The notes below the pieces were generated by a model. The model was not told the origin of the DNA, ran no database searches, and saw only the letters and a list, made by a program, of their open reading frames with translations. 64,000 nt of DNA from assembly GCA_964057225.1 (NCBI GenBank), contig OZ059898.1, positions 14,446,001-14,510,000 on the forward strand, given 5' to 3'. This DNA is from Auanema rhodensis (Eukaryota > Animalia > Nematoda). The translations under genes were made by a program, and so were the position numbers. Shown in pieces: positions 26,090 through 39,400 of this stretch; position 1 is the stretch's first letter, and the number at the start of each line of letters is the position of its first letter.

Positions 26090-29000
26090 ATGAAGATTCT
26101 AGTGTTGTTAGCTATTGGCTTCATAGCCGTTAGTAATGTATGTTTTAAAAAAAACATTTTCTTTTTCAATTGTTTTTTCTTTGTTTTCTTACTGATCAGT
26201 TGCAGGCGGCGGATATTCCGTCTATTGTTAAACGAGAGCTCAAAGCTTCCCCTATTATTAGCAAAAAAACAGAGGTAAGAAACTTTTCTTTTTCTATAAA
26301 TTTTTAATATTCGTTCCTTAACGCTCCGAGTATTCTTTGAACTCATGTTTCTATAAAAAAGTTTCCGTAGTTTTTGGTATTCAATTGAATTATGACTTTT
26401 CCCTCTGAATATCTAGTCTTTTTCTGGATTATATGCAAATTCAATTGCATCTTCGTTCGCTAGAACGTATTTTCTCCGAATTCAATTGATGCTCGATTCG
26501 AAGGTCTTGAAATTATGATGAACGGCATCTGCAGATAATTGAGTAGCTTGCGTGTTCCTTAAGTCTTATTCACTTGGCTTAATTTGATTTTATCATTCGC
26601 TTGCTTATAGGGCGTAGAAGGTAGTGGAGATGTTAAATCTCTTAGTGCTCAACCAGACATGGAAATTCATGGATCTGGCTATGGTAGTGATGACGAAGAC
26701 GGTGATGACGTTCATGGCTCTGGCGGTATTTTTTTCTCAATCTAGCTCTTCTTTATGTTATCGATGTAGATAAGTCCGACGTTTATGAGGGCTCTGGTCG
26801 GCCAGAAGTGACTGAGAGGCCACAAGTGTCTACTACATCGACTACCACTGCAACACCTTTCGGAGTGAAGAGCACTACGACTACCACTCATGTATGGTTG
26901 CATTCCGCTGTGAACTTGATATTCTTTTGGTTTTGCAGGCTATTCTCAATCCTATTAAAAAATATAACGACAATGAAGAAGATTCATCGAGTAATCAGGA
27001 ACTTCCTGACGTTTTTGTACAGGAGACTAGAGAAGAAATAACTACAACAACTACAACAACCACTCGAAGGCCAACTACGACTGTGCCTAGTGGTGATTCA
27101 GCTACTCTCTATCCATTCCACAGTATGCTGAAGCCCGGAATTTTCGCAGGTTGGTTATGTTTGCTTCAAGTTTGTATCATCAGTAATGTCCTTGAAAGTA
27201 TGATCCGATCTCTTTCTCCTGACCATTTTGCTTTCCTTTTCTCTCGCCCTATTTGGAATGTATCTCTCTTTCTCATGTGATTATTTGAAATACGAAGTGG
27301 AATATTGTTTCTCATATGTCTATCTTTCTCTTGAATCTTTTGAATTATTAACCCTTTTCAAGACCGCAAGTAACAGCTGTATTATTATTGATACCTGTAG
27401 AGGTCATATTCTTTGGCATTAGTGTTTGGACATTTTAGCTTCGTGTGGATTGAAGTTCTGGCAAGTCATCATTCATCTTTGCTATTTGATCGATTACACG
27501 ATTAACGCCGTGTCCAAGTGTTTTGTATTGAGCGGATTGCTCATCTCGTTGTAATTCGTCGAAATAATGGATGAATAGTGCCGCCACTATTATAGATTTG
27601 AGACCCCCAGAATGAAGGGCCACAGCAGACAGAGGCGTCATCCGGCTAGTTAGCGGGACAGACGGTTAATTCCTCTGTACCGAAGAGATCTGTAATCCGC
27701 GAATGCTGGCATATTCGTAAAATTTGCATTTGACCCGCGCTTATTCCAACCTGCTGTCGCTCTGATCCAGTACCTTTTTGTGTCTTCTTAATGTATTTGG
27801 GTGCTCTCATCTTTACGACAGTTGGGTTCGTGACTAGCGTGAGCATAGTGGCAGAAGTGAACATTGGAGACAAAATGTTGACATATGGCATAATATTTTA
27901 TGATTCTGATGACAAACCTTTAGTCTAGAAGATATTTAGTGTGCTGAACCTCATGTCTTCACACATCATGCTCCGTCACTTCCTTTATAATGAATGCTGA
28001 GTTGTGATGATGCTGTCTTGTTCTGTTGCTCTATATGAGTCAATGACAAAGACAATGAAAAGAAAAGCATCCGATATCTGTCTTAGTTTTGCTTCTTTCC
28101 CCCTTATCCTTCATTAGTATTCATCCAGACCAATTCGCTATAATAGCAAATGATGTTTCACTATTCGAAACGGACATAAGGATTGCTTTTGTGGCCACAG
28201 CATACATCGAAATAAGATCCTCTCCCTAGACAGACATTCGCACGAAGTGTACATGAATGAACAATGTCAGGACAATGCCAGGACGAGATACTGCCTGATG
28301 GCGTTCTAGCGGGTTGGGTAGGGCAAGGCCTGCTGCCTGCTGGCGTTATAACGGGTTAGGTGACTGAAGCTCTCCTGGTCCTGGAACATATTAGGCTTGA
28401 ATGTCGGTTTTGTAGCATCTTGTAATCTATATTTACTTACGCCTCGTTTCTTGCTCTTTCTTACTAATACGATCTGTCAAACAATTGACCTCATAAGGGC
28501 AAATTCTGTGCTCTCTCCTTATATGTATATATGACATCTGCATATCGTGCTCGATATGATTGATACGCCGGCCGGCGAGCATGTTTGTTCAGGGGAAGAA
28601 GGAGTAGAAAGGCAGATGGCGGTGACCTTGCCAGAGCTGTTATTTCAATCCTTCTGAAGATACAATATATATGCTAAATAAGGCGGTTTTAAACTTCACT
28701 TCTAAGAAAAGAAATCATTTCGAATACTTAATTGGCTCGCAGCATGGGAAAGTATCTTGGACGGCTTTTGCTTTTTCTTCCAAACACATGCGTCTTTGTT
28801 TTACTGTTGAAAGAACTGGTGGATGGGCCGACTTTCCAGATGTACAATTCGAAAAGAAACTCTACTGAACTCTAAGGGCTACGACTTAGTAAATGTGTCC
28901 CATCGGCATATTATTTTGTATAATATCTTTCTAAAGTGGGGGAAATCGTATAGTCTTCATCATATTTGTTTGAGGCCGATGACCATTGGGGCACCTCAAA

Positions 29001-29860
29001 GAGATGTAGACGCCGATAAGCAAACCTCGGGGGATTGGTGGCACATCTTACCTAAAGAGGGACTACTTTTTTATTGATTGGTTGGAATTAGCCACCACAC
29101 TTGGGTATCATTGACTTTGGGGACTGCTCCTTAAAGTTTGTGTACATGGAGTACATTGAATAGCCTTGAATGCAATGATCATGAAAAAGGGAGCAGATGC
29201 CTCCTGCTAGTTTCTTGATGTGTCATCCTGTAATTGGGGGAAGTGCTAATTTGACTGAGTGTGAAGAGATGGGATGTGGGGACAGAGGGAATGGTTAGGA
29301 AGGGCGACATAGTTTCAGCCATATTCTTACCAGAAGGAGAAAATAAAGATAGGGTTAACGCTGGAGAGGTCGCTGCAGTTATAAGCCGGATTAGTGGATA
29401 ATAGGATGAGAATGATTGTTTTCTGAGACTGTCATCGTTTTGTCATTTTTTAGTGTTATGAGAACAGTGGGAGTCTATCAATTTTATTGTTTTATTGACT
29501 GCTAATAGCTTTTGAGAATTTCTTCGACCAACTATCTTTTCTCCTCGCCCTTCCAAAACTTTGTTTCTTTTGTTTTCTAAATATTCTGTGTTTATGACCA
29601 ATTTGTATATATATATATGTCAACTTTCTAAGGATATGCTTAAGCTTTAAAAAATTTAATTCTTTTTATGGTTTATTACTTTTTCAGCTGTTATTGGTGG
29701 AACAGTTGTCGGTTTGCTCACAGCAGTGCTTCTCGTAATGTTCATCATTCATCGGATGCGCAAGAAGGACGAGGGAAGTTATGCGTTGGATGAACCAAAA
29801 CCTAGACCTTATGCTGGATATGCTTATACCAAAGCTTCAACCAAAGAATTTTACGCCTAA
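26090..29860 (+). CDS. sdn-1: Syndecan (transmembrane heparan sulfate proteoglycan), ~245 aa
   Basis: Exons 26090-26137, 26206-26274, 26611-26725, 26770-26891, 26939-27149, 29688-29860. Signal peptide, acidic SG sites ([18 protein letters not shown]), Thr-rich stalk, [24 protein letters not shown]1 [11 protein letters not shown]2 KEFYA*. Confidence 0.97.
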
Positions 29861-31305
29861 CTCATATGTGTATGTTACTTGCTTTCTGATCGTATTCCAT
29901 TTTGGCTCGGCTTCGCCGACTTCCCATGTCATCTAATGCCATCCCTGTATTCTGCGGGTGTATTCGTTTAAAATTTTCCTCGCAAACAGTTTGTGAACTT
30001 CTGTTATCTGATGTTTTTGCAATAATTTTTATTTTGGAAATTGCACTATATTACCTGTGTCTTTTTTGTGTGAAGGCACAGAGGTTTCAGGAAAAGAAAT
30101 ATATCTCATTCTTTGTGTCTCAAGAAAATACTTATTTCGATTGATTACAAATCTTTCCAATCTAGTTATTTTACCTCCTGAATACAGAAGACGATGTTCT
30201 TCCACAGGGCCTTATATCTAATTTCTGCTATATTTCGCTATGTACGTTGTTATTACACGATTAGTCTTAGTTTTCCTCAAGTTTTCATTTAATAATTTAC
30301 ATTTTCTTTTAAGATTGATTCACTTTCATAATAAGTTCATGATGATGATTTATTGATGTGCTTGTTTCTCTCTACTGTATCACTGATGAAAAAAACTTCT
30401 TTATTTTGGTGCTGTTGCACATTCTACGTATCTACATGAAGAATAAGAATTAATTTTCACACGTTCTTGTTTCCCACTGTTGCACGAAGAATGTTTAATG
30501 TGATTATGAAATAAACCTATATAGACTGCTCAATGTGTATGTAGGTTTTGAAGATGTAATGTCCAATTTCTACTTAGAATTTCTTAATGAAATCCTTTAT
30601 TCTAGCATCAGTGGTCTAATGAAATCCTTCAGGGAATATCAAACGCGTATAAACTAGATTCATCTTATAATTCGCAAACTTTTATGTTAAAGATAATCGC
30701 ATACAATTTTCCAATGCGGACGAATTCAACATTTTTTGGTTGTTGCTTGATATGCAAATGTGTCACGTGGCATTCCCAGACTTTATTTCTGGTTACTTCA
30801 GGGCGAAGAGCGGTTGCTTTTACAATTAGGGAACTTAAAAGAGTTATGAGGGGTCGAAAGGATTTTGTTGTGGCTGCATTGTTTAAGCAAAGCTATTTTA
30901 GTATGTTTTTGATGTACAAGATGATGCGATAAAAACTATTTTGTAATATAGTTACGTCATGATAGGATTGGGATGATAAATTGTTATTGTTGGATGGAAT
31001 ACGGCTCTGCTTATGGATAACATTTTTATTTGTCAGGAATGTATGATTATCAATGCCAGAAGGGGGGAACGACTCAACTCGGTTTGGTATCAAAGTACTT
31101 GCTATAGTAATGCTGCGTTGTTACGTTTCGAACTATTGGAATGAGAGATAGATGCAGCAATCTCATTTGAAGAGATCAGGCAGTCATAAGAGGCAGCAGC
31201 AGGAGCGGCAGGAGTTGATGCACAGAGAGAAGAAAGAGAAGAGAGGTTGAAGAAACAGTTTACAACGACGGCGAACGGCCTAGAGAGGACCCCACCCCCG
31301 GTGAG

Positions 31306-31318
31306 ATCGAGAAGCTTC
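31306..31318 (+). promoter_or_regulatory. Heat-shock-element-like site upstream of unc-45
   Basis: ATCgaGAAgcTTC, one mismatch to TTCnnGAAnnTTC, about 245 bp upstream of the ATG and next to a CCCACCCC GC-box. Confidence 0.45.
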
Positions 31319-31561
31319 GCGCAGCTTTCGCCTATCCGGACCTAGTTCTCTCAGTCTATTGAATCTGTACTACCTTGTTTGCTTTAGCTTCTAGGTCTTC
31401 TAAAAGCTAAGCAGCTTCAGTTCATTGCAATTGTCTCTCTCATTTCATTTTGTCTCGGTTCTTATTTCTGTTCATATATATTTATATATATTTAATCTTA
31501 CGATTTGTTATAAAGCTTTCTATTAATATTAGTTTACTAAAAATGTAAGATTTTCAGCTTT

Positions 31562-34500
31562 ATGGTGGCTGAGGTAGTTAGTGCGGAAAGTCTCCGTGAC
31601 GAAGGAAACAATGCTGTTAAAACAGGAGACTGGAACCAAGCCATAGATAAGTAAGCATAATTCTATTGTATACAAATTGTACACGCCCTCTTAGATACAC
31701 TGATGCTTTAACATTAACAACTGAATCTGATGCTACTTTGAAGGCTTTGCTCCACCGAAATAGAGCTCTTGCTCGATTGAAAATCGATGATTTTGAAGGA
31801 GCTGAAGCAGATTGCACTAAAGGTTACTTGAAACAATATTTCCCTGTTTTTTCAAAGATGAAATTTAGCTTTGAGTTTTGATGGGGCCGACTCCAAAGCA
31901 TTATATCGAAGATCACTTGCTAGGGAGCAACTTGATGAAATAGGAGGGGCTTTCAGCGATGCTAAAGAAGCTTTACGCTTAAATCCTAAAGACAAGTGAA
32001 AAAAAAACGAAAAGTATTTCTTGTTTACCTGCTTTTTTCAGAGCCATCACGGAAGTCTTACAGCGATTAGTTATTGCAAACAGCGAAAAAATAAAGAAAA
32101 TAACAAGCATGGATAATAAAGTAAAGATTTTGAGGGTTGTTTGTTGATCAGTTTTATGCTCTATAGGTTTCTGATATGGCAAAACTAGCTTTTGAAGGAG
32201 CAGCAAAAGACTTTGAACAAAAGCAAAAGGTTTGTTTCAAAGAACACTCCTACCATTCATAACGAGGGTGAATAATTAATTTTCAGGCTTACAATAACCT
32301 TTTGGTGCTTTCACGCGAATCCGAGTCCGGAGCCAACAGAGTATGGAATGAGGTAGAGCTTTGCTAAGGTTGATGACCTTTACACAAAGTCCTAATTCAG
32401 GGAAAAATCATTCCGATTTTACTGCGGTCTGTTGAAGATAAAAAGGAAACAGACGAAATTGCAATTACTGCCATCAGAATAATTGATGAACTATGCAAGA
32501 ATCATAAGAGAGTAAGACAACATAGCTCAAGAATTATATATTCAATTGCGGGTTCTAGGCCATGAAATTTATGACAACTTTAAATAATGATGAGAGGGCT
32601 TCAGTAAGATATATTTGTCGGTTAATTTGTCTTCGCCAATCAAAAGAGTTTGTGGATGCTGCTGGTTTGATAGTTCAAAGATTGTTCAATGCTATGGCTA
32701 AGATGGATCGAACCAAGGAGATGAAGCCTGATCCTGAAGTTGCAGAAGGTGCGGTTTTGCCGTGCAAATTTTGGGAAGCAAATTTTTTGTTTAGAAAATA
32801 AGCTCTGGATTCTCCGTGTTATTCAAGAACTTCGTGAAATGCTTGTTGATAAAGCTGTCAGTGCTGTGGTTCGTGATATGGCAAGCTCTAAAAAATATCT
32901 GAATATTTCATTTTTAGTGTCGTGAAACGGTCATTGACCTGTTTACTAAAAATCTTATGCATATGGATGGTGGTATACCTCGTGGATGGTCATGGGACTT
33001 TGTTGCCGGAAGAGGTACTTAATCTTCCTTTTTTCGGCCGCTTTTTTGGGCTTCAAATGACCTCTGCTTGTGCTAGGGCCCAGATAAAAAAACTTTAAAA
33101 ACGTGTAATTCACTTGGTTTTTTAAGGTCTTTTGACTTTACTGGACGTTTCTTCTCAAATTCCTGAGCAATGTGACTATCCTGTGAGTCATGAAACACGA
33201 CAACATATCGCTATTTGCCTTTCACGTCTCGATGATGACATGGTGCGGATTTTACTTTGAAAGAAAGACCTTTACTATAAGGGACCGGTTCACCGGATGT
33301 TGATAAAGATTCATATTTTAGGTCTTTGATACCAAAAGAACTATTTACAAAGAGAAGGTCGACGAATTTTATAACAGTCTTTTAGCTATCGCTTCTGATA
33401 CTGAGGAAGGACATAAGATTCGCATAAAGCTAGCATGCTTTTTAATTACTATGCTCCAGGTCGAAGCTTTTCCTGATTTTTGATTTTTAAATTGCTTAAT
33501 TACAGGGTCCCATTAATGTTGGAATTAATCTCGTTACTAATGATCAAATCACAGCTATGATGATGCAAATGGCTGCATCCGAACACAAGCTAATGCAGGT
33601 AAATTCCTCATTTGACAATCAAACAAACTACTGCCAAAATATAAATGTATATGATATATGAGTAAAGAATCATCTTACAGAGTGTAGCCGCAGAATTAAT
33701 TGTAATGACCGTCAGTAAGCATGAACGAGCCACAGCTATCTTGAAGGTGAGTAAGCTCAATATAATACAATTAGGAAGGAAAATTACTTATGTCCATGGG
33801 TCGTATAGTAAACAGCTTAGATTAGTAGAAGATACTATGAATAAGGCTAATTTAAAAAAAAACATGATGAGAACGGTGGGGACGGGGTATTGAAATGTAT
33901 AATATATAATTTGAAAATAAAATGCAACCGCTCTACAGGCTTGTTTTTAGTTAAAATGAAAATTTTAATTCCTTAATGTTTTGTTTTTCACGTAAACGTT
34001 ATTCTAATTTGAAGGTTGGTATTCCAATTTTGAGGAAGCTGTATGATTCTGAAGACGAAAATGTGCGAGTTCGTGCTTTGGTGGTAAGACTACGCTTTCA
34101 TGGTCTCATTATATTGCTAATGATTTAAAGGGATTATGTAAATGTGCTTCTGCTGGAGGTGACGACGCTTCAAAGGCAACAATGAAAGAAGGGGCACCCA
34201 TCAGACTAGCACAATCTTGTAAAAAGTTCTTGTTGGAGACAAAAAAGTTTAGCGTAGATGTTCGAAGGTTAGAGTAGACTAAATGCTCGCTTCCAATAAT
34301 TTGTTTTCAGATTTGCATGTGAAGGACTCTCCTATCTATCTTTAGACGCTGACGTCAAAGAATGGATTGTTGATGATTCACTATTACTTCAGGCTTTATT
34401 ATGTTTGGCTAAATCTGCTGGAGCTCTGTGTGTTTACACCTTGGCTACCATATATGTGAATTTGACAAATTCTTATGAAAAACCAAAGGTTGACGAAGAA

Positions 34501-35791
34501 ATGGTTAAATTGGCTCAATTTGCCAAGCATCATGTGCCTGAAGTACATCATTTGGATACAGAAGAATTTGTTGAGAAGAGAACCAAAGCATTGGTAGAAG
34601 AGGGATCTGTCGCAGCTTGTATGGCTATATCTAATACAGAATCTAAAGCTGCTCTTGAACTTATTGCTAGGTTTCTATACATAAATATTCGAAAGCTTAT
34701 TTTCTCGCTCCAGAGCTATATCAGCATTCAGTGATTACGATGATCTAAGAGGCAGAGTGATCAGTGAAGGAGGAACTAAACTTTGTCTCAGATTGTGTAA
34801 GGATGCTACACCAGAAGGAAAGATTAAAGCTTCACACGCTTTGGCTAAGCTTGGATGTAAATCTGATCCTAACATTGTATTCCCTGGTCAACGATCTTAT
34901 GAAGTAGGCTTTTCATATTATAGCATTTGGTAAACTCAAGCTTCTTAGGTTGTAAAGCCAATGGTTGATCTTCTTCATCCTGAAGTTGACAGCAAAGCCA
35001 ATTATGATGCTCTTCTTACCTTAACTAATTTGGTAATTCTCTATCTATATATAAGTGTAACATCATTTCTTTGCTTTTCCAGGCCAGTATGTCAGATTCT
35101 GTTCGTAAACGTATAATTAAAGAACGAGCTGTGTATAAGATTGAGGAATTCTGGTTTATGACTGAGCATGAATATCTCAGAGCTGCGGCAGCAGAATTAC
35201 TTCTTAACCTTTTGTTCCTGGAAGATTTCTTCAAGGAAGTTGCCAGACCCGGCACTGATAAACTCAAGTTATGGGTCCTTTATGCTGCCGAGGAGGATGA
35301 GCGGCTGGCTCGTGCATCTTCTGCCGGATTTGCCATTTTGACCGAAGATGAGGAGGTCTGTACAAGAGTGTTAGAAGAGATTAAGAGTTGGCCAGACATT
35401 TTCAAGGAGATTTGTATGCATGAAGATCCAGAGGTAAATAATCCTATTTCTTTTTCTAATTTCCGTGTTGAATTTAGGCCCAAAGGCGGGGATTGATGGG
35501 AGTCGCCAACATTATGAAGAGTAGTGAGAAAAATTGCTCGGAAATCGTAGCTGTGAGTTGAATTAAATTAAACTCAACCAATAATTTTCTAAATAACCCG
35601 CCTCTTTCCAGAGTGAAATCTTCCGCATTTTGGTCGCTGTCTCCAAGTTAGGAGCCAAAAACAAGGAAAGAGAAGGCTCAACTGAACAAGCTGTGATTTG
35701 CTTAGAAGCTGCTGAGAAATTTGGTCTGATAAAGCCAACTGATAGAGAGATATTTGAAAGAACTGAGAATTTGAGTACAATTTCTGAATAA
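31562..35791 (+). CDS. unc-45: UNC-45 myosin chaperone (TPR + central + UCS), 22 exons
   Basis: MVAEVVSAESLRDEGNNAVK..LHRNRALARLKIDDFEGAEADCTK..KNLMHMDGGIPRGWSW..VRALVGLCKCASAGGDD..EEMVKLAQFAKHHVPE..NYDALLTLTNLASMS..EEFWFMTEHEYLRAAAAELLLNL..KFGLIKPTDREIFERTENLSTISE*, split by ~21 mostly 40-60 nt GT-AG introns. Confidence 0.97.
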
Positions 35792-36213
35792 GCTGTGTTC
35801 TGATCGTTGTTTTGAGAAAATTCCAGAAATTGTTCAATTGGAACAAGTATCTCCACATGATGTGTCAAAAGCTTTTAATATTTTCTACAATCTCGTATTG
35901 TGGTGGCGTGTAAAACGCAAACCTTTTTTAGATATTTTTTATCAATATTTTAAATACTTGTCTATAATCTGAGTGCCTTTTTCTATTATAATTATTCATA
36001 TATTGCTTTAAAAAAATTTATCCAAAATCGATGAATGACAAGCTTTCATAAATCTACTTGTTTGAGCTACAAAAAGAAAATTCGTAAAAGTCACTTCCTT
36101 ACGTCTTCCTTTTCTCCCCAACATTTACCCTAATGAAATGCTCATAATTATCAGAATTTTTGTTTGAAGTGCCTTTGAATATAGACTTATACGGAAGAAA
36201 GTTTTAAAGTTGT

Positions 36214-36231
36214 AAAATAAATCTTTATTTT
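36214..36231. terminator. Palindromic bidirectional poly(A) signal between unc-45 and the PDZ gene
   Basis: AAAATAAA-TC-TTTATTTT: AATAAA on + at 36216-36221 and on - at 36224-36229, between two convergent stop codons. Confidence 0.55.
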
Positions 36232-36438
36232 TCTGCAACTTGAATCGCATTTTTATCAAGAATGCCATGACAAGAAAGGCTGCAACAAATACAAAGAAAA
36301 AGTGAAGATTAGCCGTTTCTAGTAATGTATCAGGGAATATATTAGATAGATAAGGAGCGACTACATTGATATGATATGCTTTAGTTTGGATTTTCTTGTT
36401 TGTGCTGAAAGCAGTGGAGCCCGAACCCGAGGGAGCTT

Positions 36439-39400
36439 CTAGCAGAGTGCGGGACCAATAGTGGGCATGAGAACAATGACAACGGACGTTTTACCAGCTA
36501 TTAAAGATTGGACATATTCTAAGGTTCTGAAATTATGAATAATAGAATTTTGAAAGTATTTGTGTAGAGACTAACCTTCCTTTAACCAATTCATCGTCAA
36601 CATACAGAATTTCATCTCCGATTGAGAGCATAGGCGTTAAGGATGGCAAAGAAACGCGAGAAATGAAAATGCCTGAAAGTAGTACGATTCGTAAGAAGAA
36701 CATCATAAGAACAATAGCTTGCTTGGAGTTGCCCAGCTTATTTGAAGTTCAAACTAACCTCGTTGACCGTTCATAACTCCTGTTGCGATGTAAAATCCGA
36801 ATGGACCAGGCTGGGTCTTTTCCACCAGGACCGTTCGGAAACCTCGCTGATCTAATGCTATAAGCTGAGCACGAACTGTTGGTTCAGCAGCTGCTGGAGC
36901 TTGTCTACTGAGAAAGAGCCACACATTAATATTCTATGTAAAAGAAAGATATTTACCTGAAATCTAAATCGACTTCAGGATATCTGCCCACGCTAGCTGA
37001 TCGTCTGGTCAATGGCGGTGGAACAACTCTGCCTCTACAGCGTCTTAAATGCGTTTTTGCGTAATTCTTTCATTCATAATAAAACAAGTATCGTACCTCT
37101 GCTTCAAGAAAGCTGGCTGTCTCAACACTTCTCGTTCGCTGTCAATGGCATCAGGAATGTTGACAGCAGAACCCATAAGCGGTGCTACTGGTAAACGTCG
37201 TCGTTTCTTCATTAACTCGTCATGAATAGTAGTCATTGGATAGTCAGATTCTGTATTTACACGTAAGTTATCTAAGCTGCCAACCAGCTGATCCACTGAT
37301 CCTAATCTATTCATCTGAAATATTAAATATGTTTTCACAATAACATTTTCAGCTTGAGATTCCAACCTGATAATCGAGCAAATGGGGACGAGTTCGTAAT
37401 TCAGCAGCAGCTTCGTAACGATTTCTATTAGTCTGTTGAATACCACGTGGAAGTGAAGCTGATCTGTTTCGCATTGTTCTCGATAATGTATCTTCAACGT
37501 TCTGACGAATAACAGTGTCTCGAACGGATTCACGACGCGGAGCTGGCTCCATAGATCTGAATAACGACATGAGGTTCTTGCTGTCATTTCGCGGAGTGCA
37601 TCATCAAGTCTTTTTGCTATGAGAATATGCTTGTTTGGACATGAATTACTCAATAAAACTTTTTTCCTTGACTTCATTCGACATGAATATAATGGAAATC
37701 GACTAACCGAAGTCGTTGTAAAGCGATATTATACGATGGGGGGCCGGGAAGTGATTCCACGTCCTCAATGGTGTATGCATTTGGTCCTGATAATCGTCGG
37801 GTTGGTAAAGCTCTAGCTGAAAAAAAATTTGCTGCAGGCTCTCTTGACATGTTTGCCGAAACTAATACAGAAAATCGAAGTCAAACTTACGTAAGGAATC
37901 GAATCGACGGTCTGATAATGATTGTTCATATTTGGAGAAGTTATTGCTTGGAGTATTGAACGTCTTCACATAGCTGGAAACCGCACCAAGGCGGTCAATG
38001 CCACGTGGCGAGTTCGATTGCTCCGACGACACTGAGCTGGACGTCGAAGCTCCGCTGTCTACCTGTAATGAGGTGGATGAAGCATGTGCCTTGAAATAAT
38101 CTATGCCATACCTCATCGGCAAAGCGGACACGAAATTGGGATTTGGTGGATCTCTGCTGTGATTGTGCCGTTCCGGGACGTGGGGGAAGGGTGCGCCGAT
38201 TCGAAGGCTCAGTAGGTCCGTGAAACAGTCTTCTAAACAAGAATAGATTGAATATAGTATGAGAAAACAAACAACTAGTATATATTGAGTATAAATATAA
38301 ATATTAAAAACTTATAGAATTTGTAGTTCCAACTTAAGATATAGCAACTTAAATTCGACTAGTGAACATCATCAGACAGCATAAACAAATGTCAAAAGCT
38401 CAACTAGCTCTCATGTCAAAATTGAACAATTCAAAAATTTCAGAAAAAAAAACATCAAAAGGAAATTTTCTCGAACATCCTTTCGCCTTTGTCTGCTTCC
38501 AAAAATAGCTACTTGTTAAGTTTTTTTGATGTCCAAAGCTCGTTTCGGAATTCAGAATATGGGCTACCTGGCACTATTTGGAGTCAAATAATCCCGATTA
38601 TCATCCGATAGGTGACGATAGATGTATTGAGGTTGGCTATTGTATGAGCTGGGAAAAGATGGTTGAGAGCCCTGAAATAAGAACAAATGTGTTTTTCTAT
38701 TTTAGTTCAAGAAATGATCAAGAAAAGTTTAAAGAAATGTGTTAAGTTTAAGATTTGAACTTGCCTGACGAGGTGATGATTGATCTGAATCAGCACAGAT
38801 TCCACTATCAGTATCACTGTCTTGTGGGGCGATATCACCTGAAAAGACAGAAATAAGAACTAGAATCCAGTAAGTTGAAGAAACTGCTTCAGAATTGTTA
38901 TGATTTTCGAAATTTAAATATTAAAAATAGTTGGAAACAAGAGAATAGAAACATCGTTATTCGTTCTTTGTTTAAAAATTTTTAAAAATTGATTTGGAAG
39001 AAATTAGATTGGAGAATGAGTATCATCAGATCAGATTGCTGTTTAGGGTAACAAGATCTTATAGAAATGAACATGAATTTTCTTCATTGTGTTAGACTGC
39101 AGACAGAATCTATTTTCAATGAGATTCAGAAGAAGATTCATTCGCCTATTAGGACTAGGAGCAATCGCTTCATTGGCCCAAAAAAACGCGAAAAAGGACA
39201 AAAAACTGCTTCTAGGTTCCAAGCTCAGAAGGATGCTGCCAAGGCCTAGTTCTGGCCGTCATCAGCATCTTCTGCTTCTCCGCTTTTCGTAGACATTTTT
39301 GGATTTATTCGGAACCACTTTTCCGGGCGTTGCATTCAACCCGTTTGAAGGATTTGTTCACTGTTAATCCTAAAATGACACAAAACGCCGAATAGATGGA

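Noticed and set aside
27435-27891. Two head-to-tail minus-strand ORFs in the sdn-1 last intron
   Set aside because: Short, no recognisable domain, no supporting splice or poly(A) structure.
15667-31562. SL2-type operon of the + strand genes
   Set aside because: Poly(A)-to-acceptor gaps are roughly 400-1100 bp and contain promoter-like motifs, versus about 100 bp in typical operons.
32869-32917. Apparent GC donor (ATG|GCAAG) in unc-45
   Set aside because: The upstream GT donor (GTG|GTTCGT) gives a 49-nt intron and the conserved SAV-CRET spacing.
36361-36441. Stop-codon readthrough of the PDZ gene (GC hairpin after TAG)
   Set aside because: The stem is short, the context is TAG-A rather than TGA-C, and the extension has no recognisable signal.
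37045-37677. 210-aa ORF
   Set aside because: Only 37314-37097 is a true exon; the rest is intron or an alternative frame of the PDZ gene.
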